The position numbers were made by a program, and so were the translations under genes. Below, piece after piece: positions 33,569 to 44,487 of a stretch of 64,000 nt of DNA. The DNA is taken from positions 496,001 through 560,000 of the forward strand of contig JBLDXI010000033.1 of NCBI GenBank assembly GCA_047495785.1. Direction: 5' to 3'. This DNA is from Lepidodermella squamata. Lineage: Eukaryota > Animalia > Gastrotricha. Numbering within the stretch: the first letter of the stretch is position 1; each line of letters starts with the position of its first letter. A model generated the notes under the pieces. The model was not told where the DNA came from, made no database searches, and saw nothing but the letters and a program-made list of their open reading frames with translations.

Positions 33569-34726
33569 TCATGCATAACCAGCCGATTTTGCTGTATCGT
33601 TAGCAAGCATGTATATCGAAATGAAACCAGCGAGATGGAAAACTACTGCTAATAAATCAATAATTCGCCCGATTGATATCTCTAATACTAAATTAGGACG
33701 GCTTGGATAGAGCCTTATAGCTAGTATTGATATAAAGAAATTGTGAGATTTGGATAAACCACAAAGCAAGACAGAGTAGATGGTACTTAGACAGGCCTGG
33801 CTCATGCACAGTTTAACAAATTTCGTCATAAAAACAGACTGTGGCTTCACCGGAACGTGGCTGTGAATTTCGAGATCGAAATAAGTTGCTGCAACAAGGA
33901 TTATCCCTTTGAAGATGGGTCGTTCCAGCGCGTTAGGAGGCAGTAGTGTCCCAACCAGAGTCATGGCCGTCAAAAGATAGAACGGAACCATTAGCTGATA
34001 TATGAAAAACTCAGGCTTCCGTCGGAATTTCATCTCGAAAGTTATGACACTACGATTTCCGCTCATGTAAACGACGGAGGATGTTATCGACCAGCCGTCA
34101 TACAGCCAACCCGCGCCGTCCGGCATGAAATCTTCCGCAGCTTTACTTCGACTGTCGTAGAACATGGACGTAGCTTTGATGTTGTCGACATTCAAGAATG
34201 TTATCGGGCAAGTTTGTCGGTCGAAGGGGAACATTTCGTAATCCATCCTGCAGAACGAGTGAAGAAGCCCTACTCGAGACCAGTAGAAGCGAACATGCGT
34301 ATCTTGCTGATAGGCTAAGACCAAAGTTCGTCCTACTACGTTTTTTGCCATCAATATGTCCTCAACTGAGTTCCTGTGGTGAATTCTTGGTCGCCATAAT
34401 GGCATGGCATCATCCACGTAGAACTGAGCATTTCTTGCGTGACGGAAAGATTCGCACGGGACATACCACGACACAGCGACTTGGGCGGTCATAGAAATGG
34501 TTTCCCTTGTATCGTCGATTGCGTCAAAATGCTGAGGCGAAAATTCAAGGGCTACTCTTGTAGGGTAACATGGAATCTCAGATGCCTGATTCGGACCCTC
34601 CTGGCAGGCTGGGGTGTAGTGACGCGGCTTCATCTGAGGGCAGTAAGTTATCAAATCTTCGCCAAGATCTGCCGGTGGGGCGAGCACATTTTGTATCAAA
34701 GCTGAGAGAAAATATAGGATCAACAT
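33569..34726 (-). CDS. Divergent intronless pLGIC subunit 11
   Basis: Signal peptide, WRPRIHHRN, Cys-loop CRMDYEMFPFDRQTC, aberrant M2 ERPIFKGIILVAATYFD. Confidence 0.92.
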   Translation of the reverse strand: MLILYFLSALIQNVLAPPADLGEDLITYCPQMKPRHYTPACQEGPNQASEIPCYPTRVALEFSPQHFDAIDDTRETISMTAQVAVSWYVPCESFRHARNAQFYVDDAMPLWRPRIHHRNSVEDILMAKNVVGRTLVLAYQQDTHVRFYWSRVGLLHSFCRMDYEMFPFDRQTCPITFLNVDNIKATSMFYDSRSKAAEDFMPDGAGWLYDGWSITSSVVYMSGNRSVITFEMKFRRKPEFFIYQLMVPFYLLTAMTLVGTLLPPNALERPIFKGIILVAATYFDLEIHSHVPVKPQSVFMTKFVKLCMSQACLSTIYSVLLCGLSKSHNFFISILAIRLYPSRPNLVLEISIGRIIDLLAVVFHLAGFISIYMLANDTAKSAGYA

Positions 34727-36093
34727 TTTAGGGTGATTTTCCGAGTAAAAACAAACACATCCAATAAATTAGGCGGTGCTGTCATCTTTTTTGCGTACGC
34801 TACTTCTAAGACCGTGTGGTCGCATTGTTTTTCCTGTAAGGAGACTAATAGCTATTAAATATTCAATCTCGCTCACAATGGACTGCGGCAAGGATTGCGT
34901 CCACTTGAAACTGCGCATAATTTAACGGCCCAGCCAATCAATCACCGCTAGTTATTGTTGAGTAGTAAGTAGCCTTGGTATGGAAATACGTTTTGCACCG
35001 AAAATGTTAGTTCCATGTAATCGCGGGCTTGACAAGAAAAAAGTAATAATTGGCCTTCTTGGTGTCATCAACGCAGTGCCTGAACTTGGGAATACTGAGA
35101 TGAGAATTAATCCTCGAAATAAATTAATACTGCTGAGAATATTGGGAAAATAATTAGTATCTATCATTAGTACAATTATTTTACAAGGAATCAATCCTGA
35201 TTGAATTCAAAATTTGAAACCATTACTAATTGTACAGGTTATCGAATTGTCCAACTCACATTCCCCACTCTTCGAACAATACATGTTTCAGCGGGCAATT
35301 TTTATTATGTGAGTGTTGCTTCGCATCATCCTTTGGAACTAAGTGCGGCACTTTAAGAGCTCCTTGTATTTAGAAAAACAATCTGAAGACTCGTACCACG
35401 TGAACCTTAGCTTAATTGACCGTTTGCAATACATTTTTCGAGTCGTTGAAATTTCGGGCTAATAAATACGCAAATTCACTCATCCCCTTAGCGCTTTGCT
35501 GATGACGAGTCTTATTTTTCATCCTTCCCATGGGTTTTGAAACCTTTTTATGGTTGATTGCCTTTTAAAAATCACTAAAGGTAATTTTGTTAAATTTTGT
35601 TAAATTGTTTTGTGAAAAGCAATTATAAATTATAATCACATCCATTCCACTCGTAACTGAACCATATTTTTTTCCAGAGGAAAAGACACGCTCCTTCATT
35701 TTTCCAATTTGCTATTTCCGACTCCACCAGGGCCCATCACGTCCACCAGCTTCTTAATATGTAGGTTAGTTTCCAGAATACACCCCCTCTCAAACAATCC
35801 CTTTTAATGGGCAACTATTCCCATCACTTCTCATGGTGTGTTTTCGATGATTCTCTCCCCTTTTACCACCGATAAATTTATAGCCCTCGCCGGAATTCAT
35901 TGCGGATTGAACCTTTAAGTGGCTGAAAGCTTCTCTAGAGCCATTAAATATCTGTTAAAAATGAAAAATACGAACCAGTCAGTGACAATTGAAATATTCA
36001 TGAATCTTCCTGTCTCAAGGGAAACAGATGCCTCGTTTTCGAAGACTAATGCAAAATTAAAATTACCTAAAACACTCTGCCAACCGCATAGAT

Positions 36094-37323
36094 ATGACTC
36101 TCATAGTGTTTGTTACTCTTGTTACTGCCTTCTTTCGCTCAATAATTGCCCCCGGTGCCGAGCTGACCCGATTGATTGCAGCCAGTGCACCCAGCGATCT
36201 ACTCTTCAACGATCGAACCTCGGAGATTCTCCGAGCTTGCCCTCACTTCCGCCCAGCAATTTATACTCCAAATTGTTCGGACGGCCGGTTGTCAAACCCC
36301 GATGATTGTAAAGTAACGCCGATAAACATGGTTTTCAACGTTCAACGCTTTCACGGTATCAATGATGCTGAGGAAACACTGGTTGTATCAGCAAGTCTAA
36401 CCCTTGAATGGTACTTATCCTGTCCGAACTATAGAAAGAACGATACGACAATGTTCTACATCGATGAAAGTCTATTTTGGCGTCCAAAGATTCATCACAA
36501 AAATGCTGTGCTAAGTTTCAGCCTAGGGGACAGTTTCACCAGCCGCATGCTTGTTAGTTATACGCCAAATAAGGATGCTGCAGAAAACGATACCTTCAAA
36601 TTCATTTGGCAGCGCATTGGGGTGTTTTCATCGCATTGTCCTATGGATTACGCATTTTTTCCTTTCGACAATCAATCATGTATCATTGCCTTCGTAATGC
36701 AAGAACACTGCAATGCTTCGGTGTTCACCGTCTCCAATACCAGTTTAGTCGATGAAGCTTTCATGCAAAGCGTCGGATCAAGTTGGAGATATGTATCCTT
36801 CAGTTACTCAACTGGAATAGTCGAGATTGCTGGGTCACGAAGCTTGGTTATCTTTCAATTGAATTTCAAACGAAATCCGTGGTACTTCATCAACAATCTA
36901 CTTGTGCCAGTATTGGTCCTAATGAGCTTGGATGTTGCTGGGCTGATAATGCCGCCCAATCTACCTGATAGACCTGTATTTCAGGTCACAATATTGCTTG
37001 CTCTCACTTTTTTCCAGGGTGAAATTCTCACTAGGGTTCCTCAGAAATCGCAGAAAATTCTGCTGAGTGCCTATACGGATAATTGCACTCTTCTTGCGCT
37101 AGCAATCACAACTTATTCTTTAGTTAGCCTCGCTCTGGCTCGAAGTTATAAGGATAGTTTGCGGAAAATGGTTAGTTGGAAGGTTGGATCGAGCCCTCTT
37201 CATTTACTGAAAATATCATATGGCAGATTGTTAGACTTGATTGCAGCTAGTCTCGCCTCTATTGGGCTTATCACTATCACTTTGAGTGTTTATTTCGTGG
37301 CAGTAGACAAGGGATGGGTCTGA
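36094..37323 (+). CDS. Divergent intronless pLGIC subunit 12
   Basis: WRPKIHHKN, Cys-loop CPMDYAFFPFDNQSC, M2 DRPVFQVTILLALTFFQ. Confidence 0.92.
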   Translation: MTLIVFVTLVTAFFRSIIAPGAELTRLIAASAPSDLLFNDRTSEILRACPHFRPAIYTPNCSDGRLSNPDDCKVTPINMVFNVQRFHGINDAEETLVVSASLTLEWYLSCPNYRKNDTTMFYIDESLFWRPKIHHKNAVLSFSLGDSFTSRMLVSYTPNKDAAENDTFKFIWQRIGVFSSHCPMDYAFFPFDNQSCIIAFVMQEHCNASVFTVSNTSLVDEAFMQSVGSSWRYVSFSYSTGIVEIAGSRSLVIFQLNFKRNPWYFINNLLVPVLVLMSLDVAGLIMPPNLPDRPVFQVTILLALTFFQGEILTRVPQKSQKILLSAYTDNCTLLALAITTYSLVSLALARSYKDSLRKMVSWKVGSSPLHLLKISYGRLLDLIAASLASIGLITITLSVYFVAVDKGWV

Positions 37324-37517
37324 TGAGTTCTTTCCAGCCGTTCCTGTGACTACTGAAAGGACAATAAAATAAAACTGAAGATTTGTTGACTGAAGAAGCA
37401 GTGTCTGAGTTTTTTACTGGTAGAATAATGAAAAGTAAACATATATAAGAAGCTTTTTGATGAGCGTGAATTGAGTTTTGAGTTCATTGTGATTTTAGCA
37501 GTTTTTCGCGATTCATA

Positions 37518-38666
37518 ATGAAAATCACTAATATTGCATGCGTGGCTGCCCTGATTGTCCACGTGACATTTGCCGCTGATCGATTGATCGATTACGACAT
37601 TGAGATTTTGCTCAATTGCTCTAATGCGAGACCTCTGGTTTATACTCCGACATGCGCCGAAGGGAGAATAGACGAACGCGAAAGCTGCTCGCCCCTAGAA
37701 ATTTGGCTCACCTTCTCTCCTCAACGATTTCATGGGATTGACGACGAAGCTGAGACTCTGATTATTTCAAGCTCTTTAGCTTTATCCTGGCATGTTCCGT
37801 GCACCAATTATCGCCTCGAAAATGACACGACATTCTACGTCGCGGAATCAACGATCTGGAAACCCCATATCCATCATAAAAATGCAGTCAAAGAATTCAA
37901 AATGGATGATGGATTCACTAGCAGGCTCTTTGTCGATGTGCCACCATTTTCCGATAACATTAGTTCCTTTGAAGTATTGTGGCAACGGTTTGGAGTGTTC
38001 AACTCATTATGCCCTATGGACTACACACATTTCCCCTTCGATTCTCAATCTTGTGAAATTCAGTTCTTGCTTCAAGAGGTCGATGCAGCTGCAGTTTTTA
38101 TCCTGAACGATGAAAGCCAAGCCGAGCCATACTTTCTCGATGAAGGCGGTATCAGCTGGGAGTATAAAAACTGGAGTGTTTGGATTGGATCGTTAGATGT
38201 GTCTGGCAATCGCAGTTGCGTAAAATTCAAGTTATTCTTCAAGCGAAAACCTACCTTCTACATTTACAACCTGATGATGCCTGTTCTTCTTCTGTCAAGT
38301 CTAGAACTAGCAGGCTTCGCCATACCACCAGAAGTTCCAGATCGCCCAGTTTTCTGCATCACAATTCTACTTGCTTTGACATTCTTCGAAGGCGAAATTC
38401 TCGCACGAGTTCCTCAAAAACCACAGCGAGTGTTTCTCAACAATTACACAGACCTATTTGTTCTTTTCGCGTGGCTCTGCACTGTTTATTCTCTGATCAC
38501 TCTGGGCATAGCACGAGGCGCTAAGAAATACAAACAGCAGACCAAAAGTCTAGGAATTTGCCCTGAAAGACTGCCTGATATGATTGCGGCATCAGTTGCA
38601 GTTGCTTATTTTATTTCTGTCAATTTGTACGCTATAGGAGTAGCAATAGATAAAGATTACGTCTAA
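37518..38666 (+). CDS. Divergent intronless pLGIC subunit 13
   Basis: Signal peptide, WKPHIHHKN, Cys-loop CPMDYTHFPFDSQSC, 4 TM. Confidence 0.92.
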   Translation: MKITNIACVAALIVHVTFAADRLIDYDIEILLNCSNARPLVYTPTCAEGRIDERESCSPLEIWLTFSPQRFHGIDDEAETLIISSSLALSWHVPCTNYRLENDTTFYVAESTIWKPHIHHKNAVKEFKMDDGFTSRLFVDVPPFSDNISSFEVLWQRFGVFNSLCPMDYTHFPFDSQSCEIQFLLQEVDAAAVFILNDESQAEPYFLDEGGISWEYKNWSVWIGSLDVSGNRSCVKFKLFFKRKPTFYIYNLMMPVLLLSSLELAGFAIPPEVPDRPVFCITILLALTFFEGEILARVPQKPQRVFLNNYTDLFVLFAWLCTVYSLITLGIARGAKKYKQQTKSLGICPERLPDMIAASVAVAYFISVNLYAIGVAIDKDYV

Positions 38667-38678
38667 TAAAACGGTATT

Positions 38679-39830
38679 TCAGTGTCTACTTGCTACCTGC
38701 ATCGCCCATATATTCAACCAAATGAAGATAATTAAAGTTACTAGAAAGGCAAACAAGTCTAGGAGACGAATTTTTGTCATGTAGTAGCAATTTTTGCGAC
38801 TGAGGAATACAACAACTTTCGCGGTAAAGTGATCGGGCCAAGTTCTGACGAGGAAAAGACTGAATAGCATGTACAGCGTGGTTAGCCAGTTGATCATCGA
38901 GCAGAAGTCGGTGTAGGTGCTCATGAAGATTCTTTGCGGCTTGGGTGGTATGAATTGAATGATGCTGCCTTTCAGAAAAGTCATCGATAGCAGCAGCGTG
39001 ATTGCATAGACAGGTCTATCGGGCATGTTGGGCAGCATGAAGAATCCGCCCATCTGAATTATGGTGGTAAAACATGCTGACATGAGCAAATTCGAGATGT
39101 AAAATTCAGGTATCCTTGATAACTTCAGAATAAAACTGATCGAAGTGGTGTCATCTACTAATTTCGAAGAGAGTAGAATCCAGTTACTCCCAAATGGTAT
39201 GATTCCATCTTTACGGAGTTCAAAGGTAGCATTATAGAACAGAACTTCACTCAGCTCGTTCTCCAAATGAAGGTCAAAAGAGCAGGTTTGATGATCGAAT
39301 GGGAAATCGGTGAAGTCCATCTCGCAGGTGGAAGAAAATAAGCCAATTATTTTAAGTTGGAAACTGATGAGATTTGACTCAGCTCTGAAAGCCAAACTTC
39401 TCGAAAATGAATCACCCTTCATCGCAGCGTCGCTAACTGATTTCGTGTGATAAATTTCTGGGGTCCAAAATGTTTCGGTTGAGGCCTTTGCGTTGATCGT
39501 TTGGTTCGGTTGTATTATCAGCCCTGGACATTCGACAGCCCAAGCAATGACTAACCTTCCGGTGAAGCTTATTCTCTCTGAGGCTTCTTCGAGCTCCGAT
39601 AGGCGGTCTATGACGATTGTTATGTTCAATTTGGTCGGATTCACGCTAATATTATTAGCCGAGAAGTAACCTGTATTCGGAGAAATTACATCGGATTCAA
39701 TTAGGCCGGAGCAATTGCTAAGAATTTGCTCTTGTATTGAATCGCAGTGAACTTTAGTGACAAATGAGAGAAATGCAATTACACGTATAGCCAAACTAGA
39801 CATATTTAATTTTTTCAGCTTATGAATCAT
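38679..39830 (-). CDS. Divergent intronless pLGIC subunit 14
   Basis: ATG at 39830 (or 39803); WTPEIYH, Cys-loop CEMDFTDFPFDHQTC, short loop C, M2 DRPVYAITLLLSMTFLK. Confidence 0.9.
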   Translation of the reverse strand: MIHKLKKLNMSSLAIRVIAFLSFVTKVHCDSIQEQILSNCSGLIESDVISPNTGYFSANNISVNPTKLNITIVIDRLSELEEASERISFTGRLVIAWAVECPGLIIQPNQTINAKASTETFWTPEIYHTKSVSDAAMKGDSFSRSLAFRAESNLISFQLKIIGLFSSTCEMDFTDFPFDHQTCSFDLHLENELSEVLFYNATFELRKDGIIPFGSNWILLSSKLVDDTTSISFILKLSRIPEFYISNLLMSACFTTIIQMGGFFMLPNMPDRPVYAITLLLSMTFLKGSIIQFIPPKPQRIFMSTYTDFCSMINWLTTLYMLFSLFLVRTWPDHFTAKVVVFLSRKNCYYMTKIRLLDLFAFLVTLIIFIWLNIWAMQVASRH

Positions 39831-39949
39831 TTCCACAGAGCTTAATAATTCCAAAAGCTCGACGATTCGCGAGATATGAATTTTTAATGATTAAATGAGT
39901 GAATCCCCAATAGAACTGAAGTTGTGCACGCTCGTAAAAAGCTTTTCGG

Positions 39950-41272
39950 TTATTCACCATCGTTGGAGCATTCCTTGGTATAAGGATTCGAGGTCTCGCA
40001 TGATATTTCTGTCAAAATTTCATGAGATATTGGATCCGCGCGTTTCAGAAGGACATTTGAGTCGACTTTAGTAACTACACGTTGAAAATGCCTGTTGATT
40101 GCATGTTTGATCTCTTCGGTTAGTTTGAAGGCCAGAATCGCCCTCTCAGGACTACTGAACAAAGTTGAAAAGTAGAGCTCCCCTGCTTTCCAATATTGAT
40201 GAGAGTAAGGAGACTCTGCATAGTAAGTATGAGGCGGAGATTGGGTGCAAAAAATTAAGCATTCAGCTTACCATTAAAAAATAGATAGCTGCACAGCATG
40301 GCCATTTCAACTTGCGATAGGTGACCAAGTTCTTCAAATCGGTTATACAAATGCTCAAGGTCCTCAACTGCTAACTAAAACACAGAAATTTGAGAGTGAT
40401 TAAATTAAATCCATCATGACCTACAAAGGTGAAGGGAAAGTAGTGGATGAATTGTTCCTGGAGAGGCTTGCTGAGACCATAGAGAAACAGGCTGTACTCT
40501 TTATTTTGGGACGCCTTCTTTGCCTCCATGAATTTCATAATAGTGATGGCCATGAAGGATTTGCTAAAATGCCGACATCGTTCCTCCATTGACAAGGTTG
40601 TATAGCCCGGCAGAGCTCGAACAAAGTTGCCGACAACGATCGGGAAGCGGCGCATGCGATACTCCATTACCCAGCCGAGAATTTCATGAATATCCGTGAA
40701 ATGCATGTCGATTCGGCCCATTTCTTCAGCCTATAAAGAAGCATCGTGTTCATTTAACAGATGAAGTAAAACATTAACTTACAATTCCGATCACATTGTC
40801 TAAAGTTTTATAGGCTTGGAAAATTGATTGCAGGCCGGTTTCTTTTTCGACAAGAGCTCGTTCGATTGGCTCAACTTGGATGACGGCTGATTCTGTCAAA
40901 ATAAATAATTAGATAGAATCTATTGCCATCGGAAATTTACCTTTCCGTCTTGCGGCTTCAATCAACGCCTCGCATTTTTTGTACCGACAGGCTGAACACA
41001 GCTTTCCGTTGACTTTGGCATCTATGATGCATTTCCCTTTCCCCCACCAACAAGAGTAACTCCGCCTTTTGGCCCTGTAGTAAAATTTCTGAAAAAAGTA
41101 TATGACATGCGGTATTTCTTCATGTTGCAAGCTCAGACGTACTTTACATGCATCACACATCACTATTCCTAATCGATGCTCGATTGTGGATCTGCCACAA
41201 ATCTGCAAAATTGGTGTAAACGTAATAATGTTAGTTAAGTAAAGGGTTTCAACTTACTTCACAAGGCTGCAT
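39950..41272 (-). CDS. Divergent nuclear receptor 1 (multi-exon)
   Basis: ATG 41272; spliced DBD MQPCE|ICGRSTIEHRLGIVMCDACK|KFYYR...CWWGKGKC...CSACRYKKC (introns 41203-41257 and 41089-41142). Downstream LBD-like exons (FVRALPGYTTLSMEER) end at 39950. Confidence 0.85.
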
Positions 41273-41590
41273 TTTGTGTTATTAGATAATGAATTGAGAG
41301 CGAGAAAACTTCGCTGACTGAAAAACGATCAAATTTGATAGATGTTGAGTAACATATATATGTCCATTTCGATGCGCTGTTGTTATCAAAAATAATTAAA
41401 TTAGGGAAACCCGTCTGAAAAGCGCTCGACGTCATGTTAGTTTTATTTTACATTAAGGTCAAATTGTGTACTGTTCATGTAGGCAACTGTGCGGTTTTCA
41501 AATAACGCATCTTGAGTCGCTTATCAATTTGTCTCGAAAGCGAAAAGGCTGAAATATCGATATATTAGGGCATCTATCGTTATAAACAGG

Positions 41591-42865
41591 TCAACTTTTA
41601 ATTTGCTGATTCATCCTGCCCCTAGAGAGTTTCGACAATATCTCCTGGGAGATGGGGTCCGCTCGATGCAGCAGAGCATTTGAGTCCACAAGTGTAACTA
41701 AGCGCTGGAAATGGCGTCCAACTGCTAGTTTGAGCTGATCAGTCAGTAAAAGGGCCAACTTGGCCTTTTCCTTGCTCCGTAGCGAAATGGCCAAATACTC
41801 CTCAGCAATTATCCTGTGTCGTACCGCATCGCCTGAATCTTTCGTTCCAGATCATAGAATCACAGAATTATCATCATGCTCAATGATCCTACCGTTAAAG
41901 AAAATGTGAGCACACAGCAGGGCCATGTCAGCCTGTGTGAGTGGATCCAACTCTGTAAATCGGCTATGAAGATTTTCCAAGTCTTCGAGCGTCAGCTATT
42001 AGGAGCAGACGTATATATAGACAAGTATTGGTGGATGAAAGAAAAACTAACAATTGAGAATGGAAAGAATAGAACGAATTGATCTTGTAGATGTCGACTC
42101 AAACCGTAGAGGAAAATACCGTATGTCTTATCATTAGCTTCCAGAAACTTTAGAATTGTGATAGCCATGAAAGATATGCTAAAGGATTGGCATCTTTCAG
42201 CAATAGTAAGATTGGAGTATCCAGGTAACGCTCGAATGAATTGACTGGTTACCAAGGAAAACCGACGCACGCGGTATTCCCTTATCCAGCAGATAATTTC
42301 CCCCAGGCTATGAAACGTAACATCTACTTTTCCCATCTCCTTGGCCTGAAGAAGTCAATACGAAATTCAGTGGAGTCTGTAAATTCAGAATTTCAGTAAA
42401 ACCTACGATTTCGAGTAAAGGATTCAAGGCGGAGTAGGCGTTGACTGTCGAGCAAAGGTTTTTCTCTTTCTTAACTAGACCAAGTTGTATGGGCTGATCA
42501 GTGATGGCTGGAGTCTTTCTTGGAGTACAATGCTTCTGCCTCGCCGCCTCTATCAAAGCCTCGCATTTTTTGTAGCGGCAAGCAGAGCACAACTTTGACT
42601 TCGAGTTAACGTCTATTATGCATTTCCCTTTTCCCCACCAGCAAGAGTAGCAAGAGTAGCGTTTTTTAGCTCGATAGTAAAATTTCTGTGGTGAAAAGGG
42701 AAATATCGAATTTGAGTAGACCATCTCAAAACGTTACCTTGCAAGGATCACACATGACGATTCCCAATCGAACTTCGCCGGTACCTCTACCACAAATCTG
42801 TTAACGGGAAATCTAATATGGAAATGACCCTGCTGGCTCAAATACGTACGTCACAAGTCCTGCAT
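41591..42865 (-). CDS. Divergent nuclear receptor 2 (tandem paralog; start exon apparently frameshifted)
   Basis: ICGRGTGEVRLGIVMCDPCK|KFYYR...CSACRYKKC and FIRALPGYSNLTIAER; exon structure largely shared with NR1. The ATG at 42865 is 16 nt from the donor at 42849 (15 nt in NR1). Confidence 0.75.
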
Positions 42866-43104
42866 CGATGAAGTTGACATAATCCCGACTAAATTATGCG
42901 GCCTGGGGAATTCTGACTTCGTCAACCAGTTAGGTAAGAATCAATTTATTCCTGAGTAATCAACTTAGACAGATAAGTTCAAATTTTTTGACACATTGCA
43001 GACACCTCTAATAGTCTAGGTATCTTATAAACCGCTTAATTTCAAAGCAGACTCTTGAAACAGCACAGAATGTTTTATTTGTCAGTGGATGTCCATTAAT
43101 CAGT

Positions 43105-44487
43105 TCATTGATGTTCCCGCAGCTTCAAATTGGCTGGTGGGCGATCTGTCTGCATAGCGAGAAATGCCCAAATACCGCCTCCGACCGAAATTACTATAAC
43201 TAGCATTCCAACGGCTAAATCTAGCCGAGCTATGAAGCGGCGGTTTCTTTCGACTTTTCGCGCGTCACAAATTCGCTCAGGCTCGTCGACCAGTTTGTCC
43301 CATAGGAAACAAGTAAAAGCTGAATATATCGTGATTACGACTCCTATTCCTGTCTCAACGCCTACTACAGCATTGACGATGACAAATTGCGACGTTGTAG
43401 GAATGTGCGAAGCAATCACAGTCTGAAGAACACCTGGAATTGTATGTGAATTAAAAAAAGCTATGGCTAAATTGGTTAATCTCACCGAATGCCAGCGCAA
43501 CTGTCACCCCGTAAGAAGCTCTATCCGGAGCAGATGGTGGAATGAAGAATGTAGCTACTTGAGCGCAGCTCAGCAAAGCACATGGTATCATGAAAGATGT
43601 GATGTAAAAACCAGGTTTCCTCTTCAGATAGATTCGAAATTGGATTGTCGAATATAGACTCGAATTTTCATTCCCACCCTGCTCAGGTATACAACCTTCT
43701 TCATAGGTTTCGAATTTCTCAAACTCCCAAATCCCGTTTTCAGGCATAAAGCTGATGCCGTAGAAGCCAATGGCCATTTGAAGATCGCTGAGTCTCACAA
43801 ATTCGCAGGTATCGTAAGATTGAAATCGGAAGTAGACGATTTGCCGGTCGAATGGGAAATTCGTGAAGTCGAGATCGCATCTTGCAACGTAGGAACTTGT
43901 CGCAGGGTACCAAATTACAGATCCATCGCTGTAAATATTCAGATTCCGAATGTTGGAACTCCCACTAGCCGCGTTTTTCATTACAACGTAAAAGTTGTCG
44001 ATATTGTTAACATGAGTCATTGCTATGGGGTTATATAGAGGTGAATCAAATAGCCTTAAGTAAATCTCAATGGCTCACCAGGTATCCATGTGAAGGATTG
44101 AGCGACTTGGATGTATTCGATATCTTTGAAATCGGAGTGATTATTCCAAGTTAAGAATTTGTCGACCCAAGATAGCGTGACATCAGCGTTAACGCCGATA
44201 TATTGGTCGAGTTCATTTAGTTCCGCAAATCGGTCAGCGTAAAAGCGAACAGAGACATTGACGTACTCACCATCATCGACTGGGAAGTCGTCAATTGTCA
44301 GCATTTGTTCTGCTTTCTGCTTCAAAATATACTTTTTCAGCTGGCTGACCAGACGGCGCTTGTTTTTGGTAATGTTGCGGTTAAGACTGGGTTCGGGTAA
44401 TTCCGAATCTTCTACAACAGTTTTGGCTGAACAGTTCAAAGCTGAGAGGAGAACAACAAAGAAAGTAAAGAGAAGAAATCGTGCCAT
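43105..44487 (-). CDS. Intron-containing pLGIC subunit 15 (~424 aa, 3 exons)
   Basis: Exons 44487-44079, 44022-43486, 43433-43105 (introns 56 and 52 bp). Canonical WVDKFLTW and DGSVIWYP, loop CDLDFTNFPFDRQIV (one Cys), M2 PDRASYGVTVALAFGVLQ. Confidence 0.9.
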
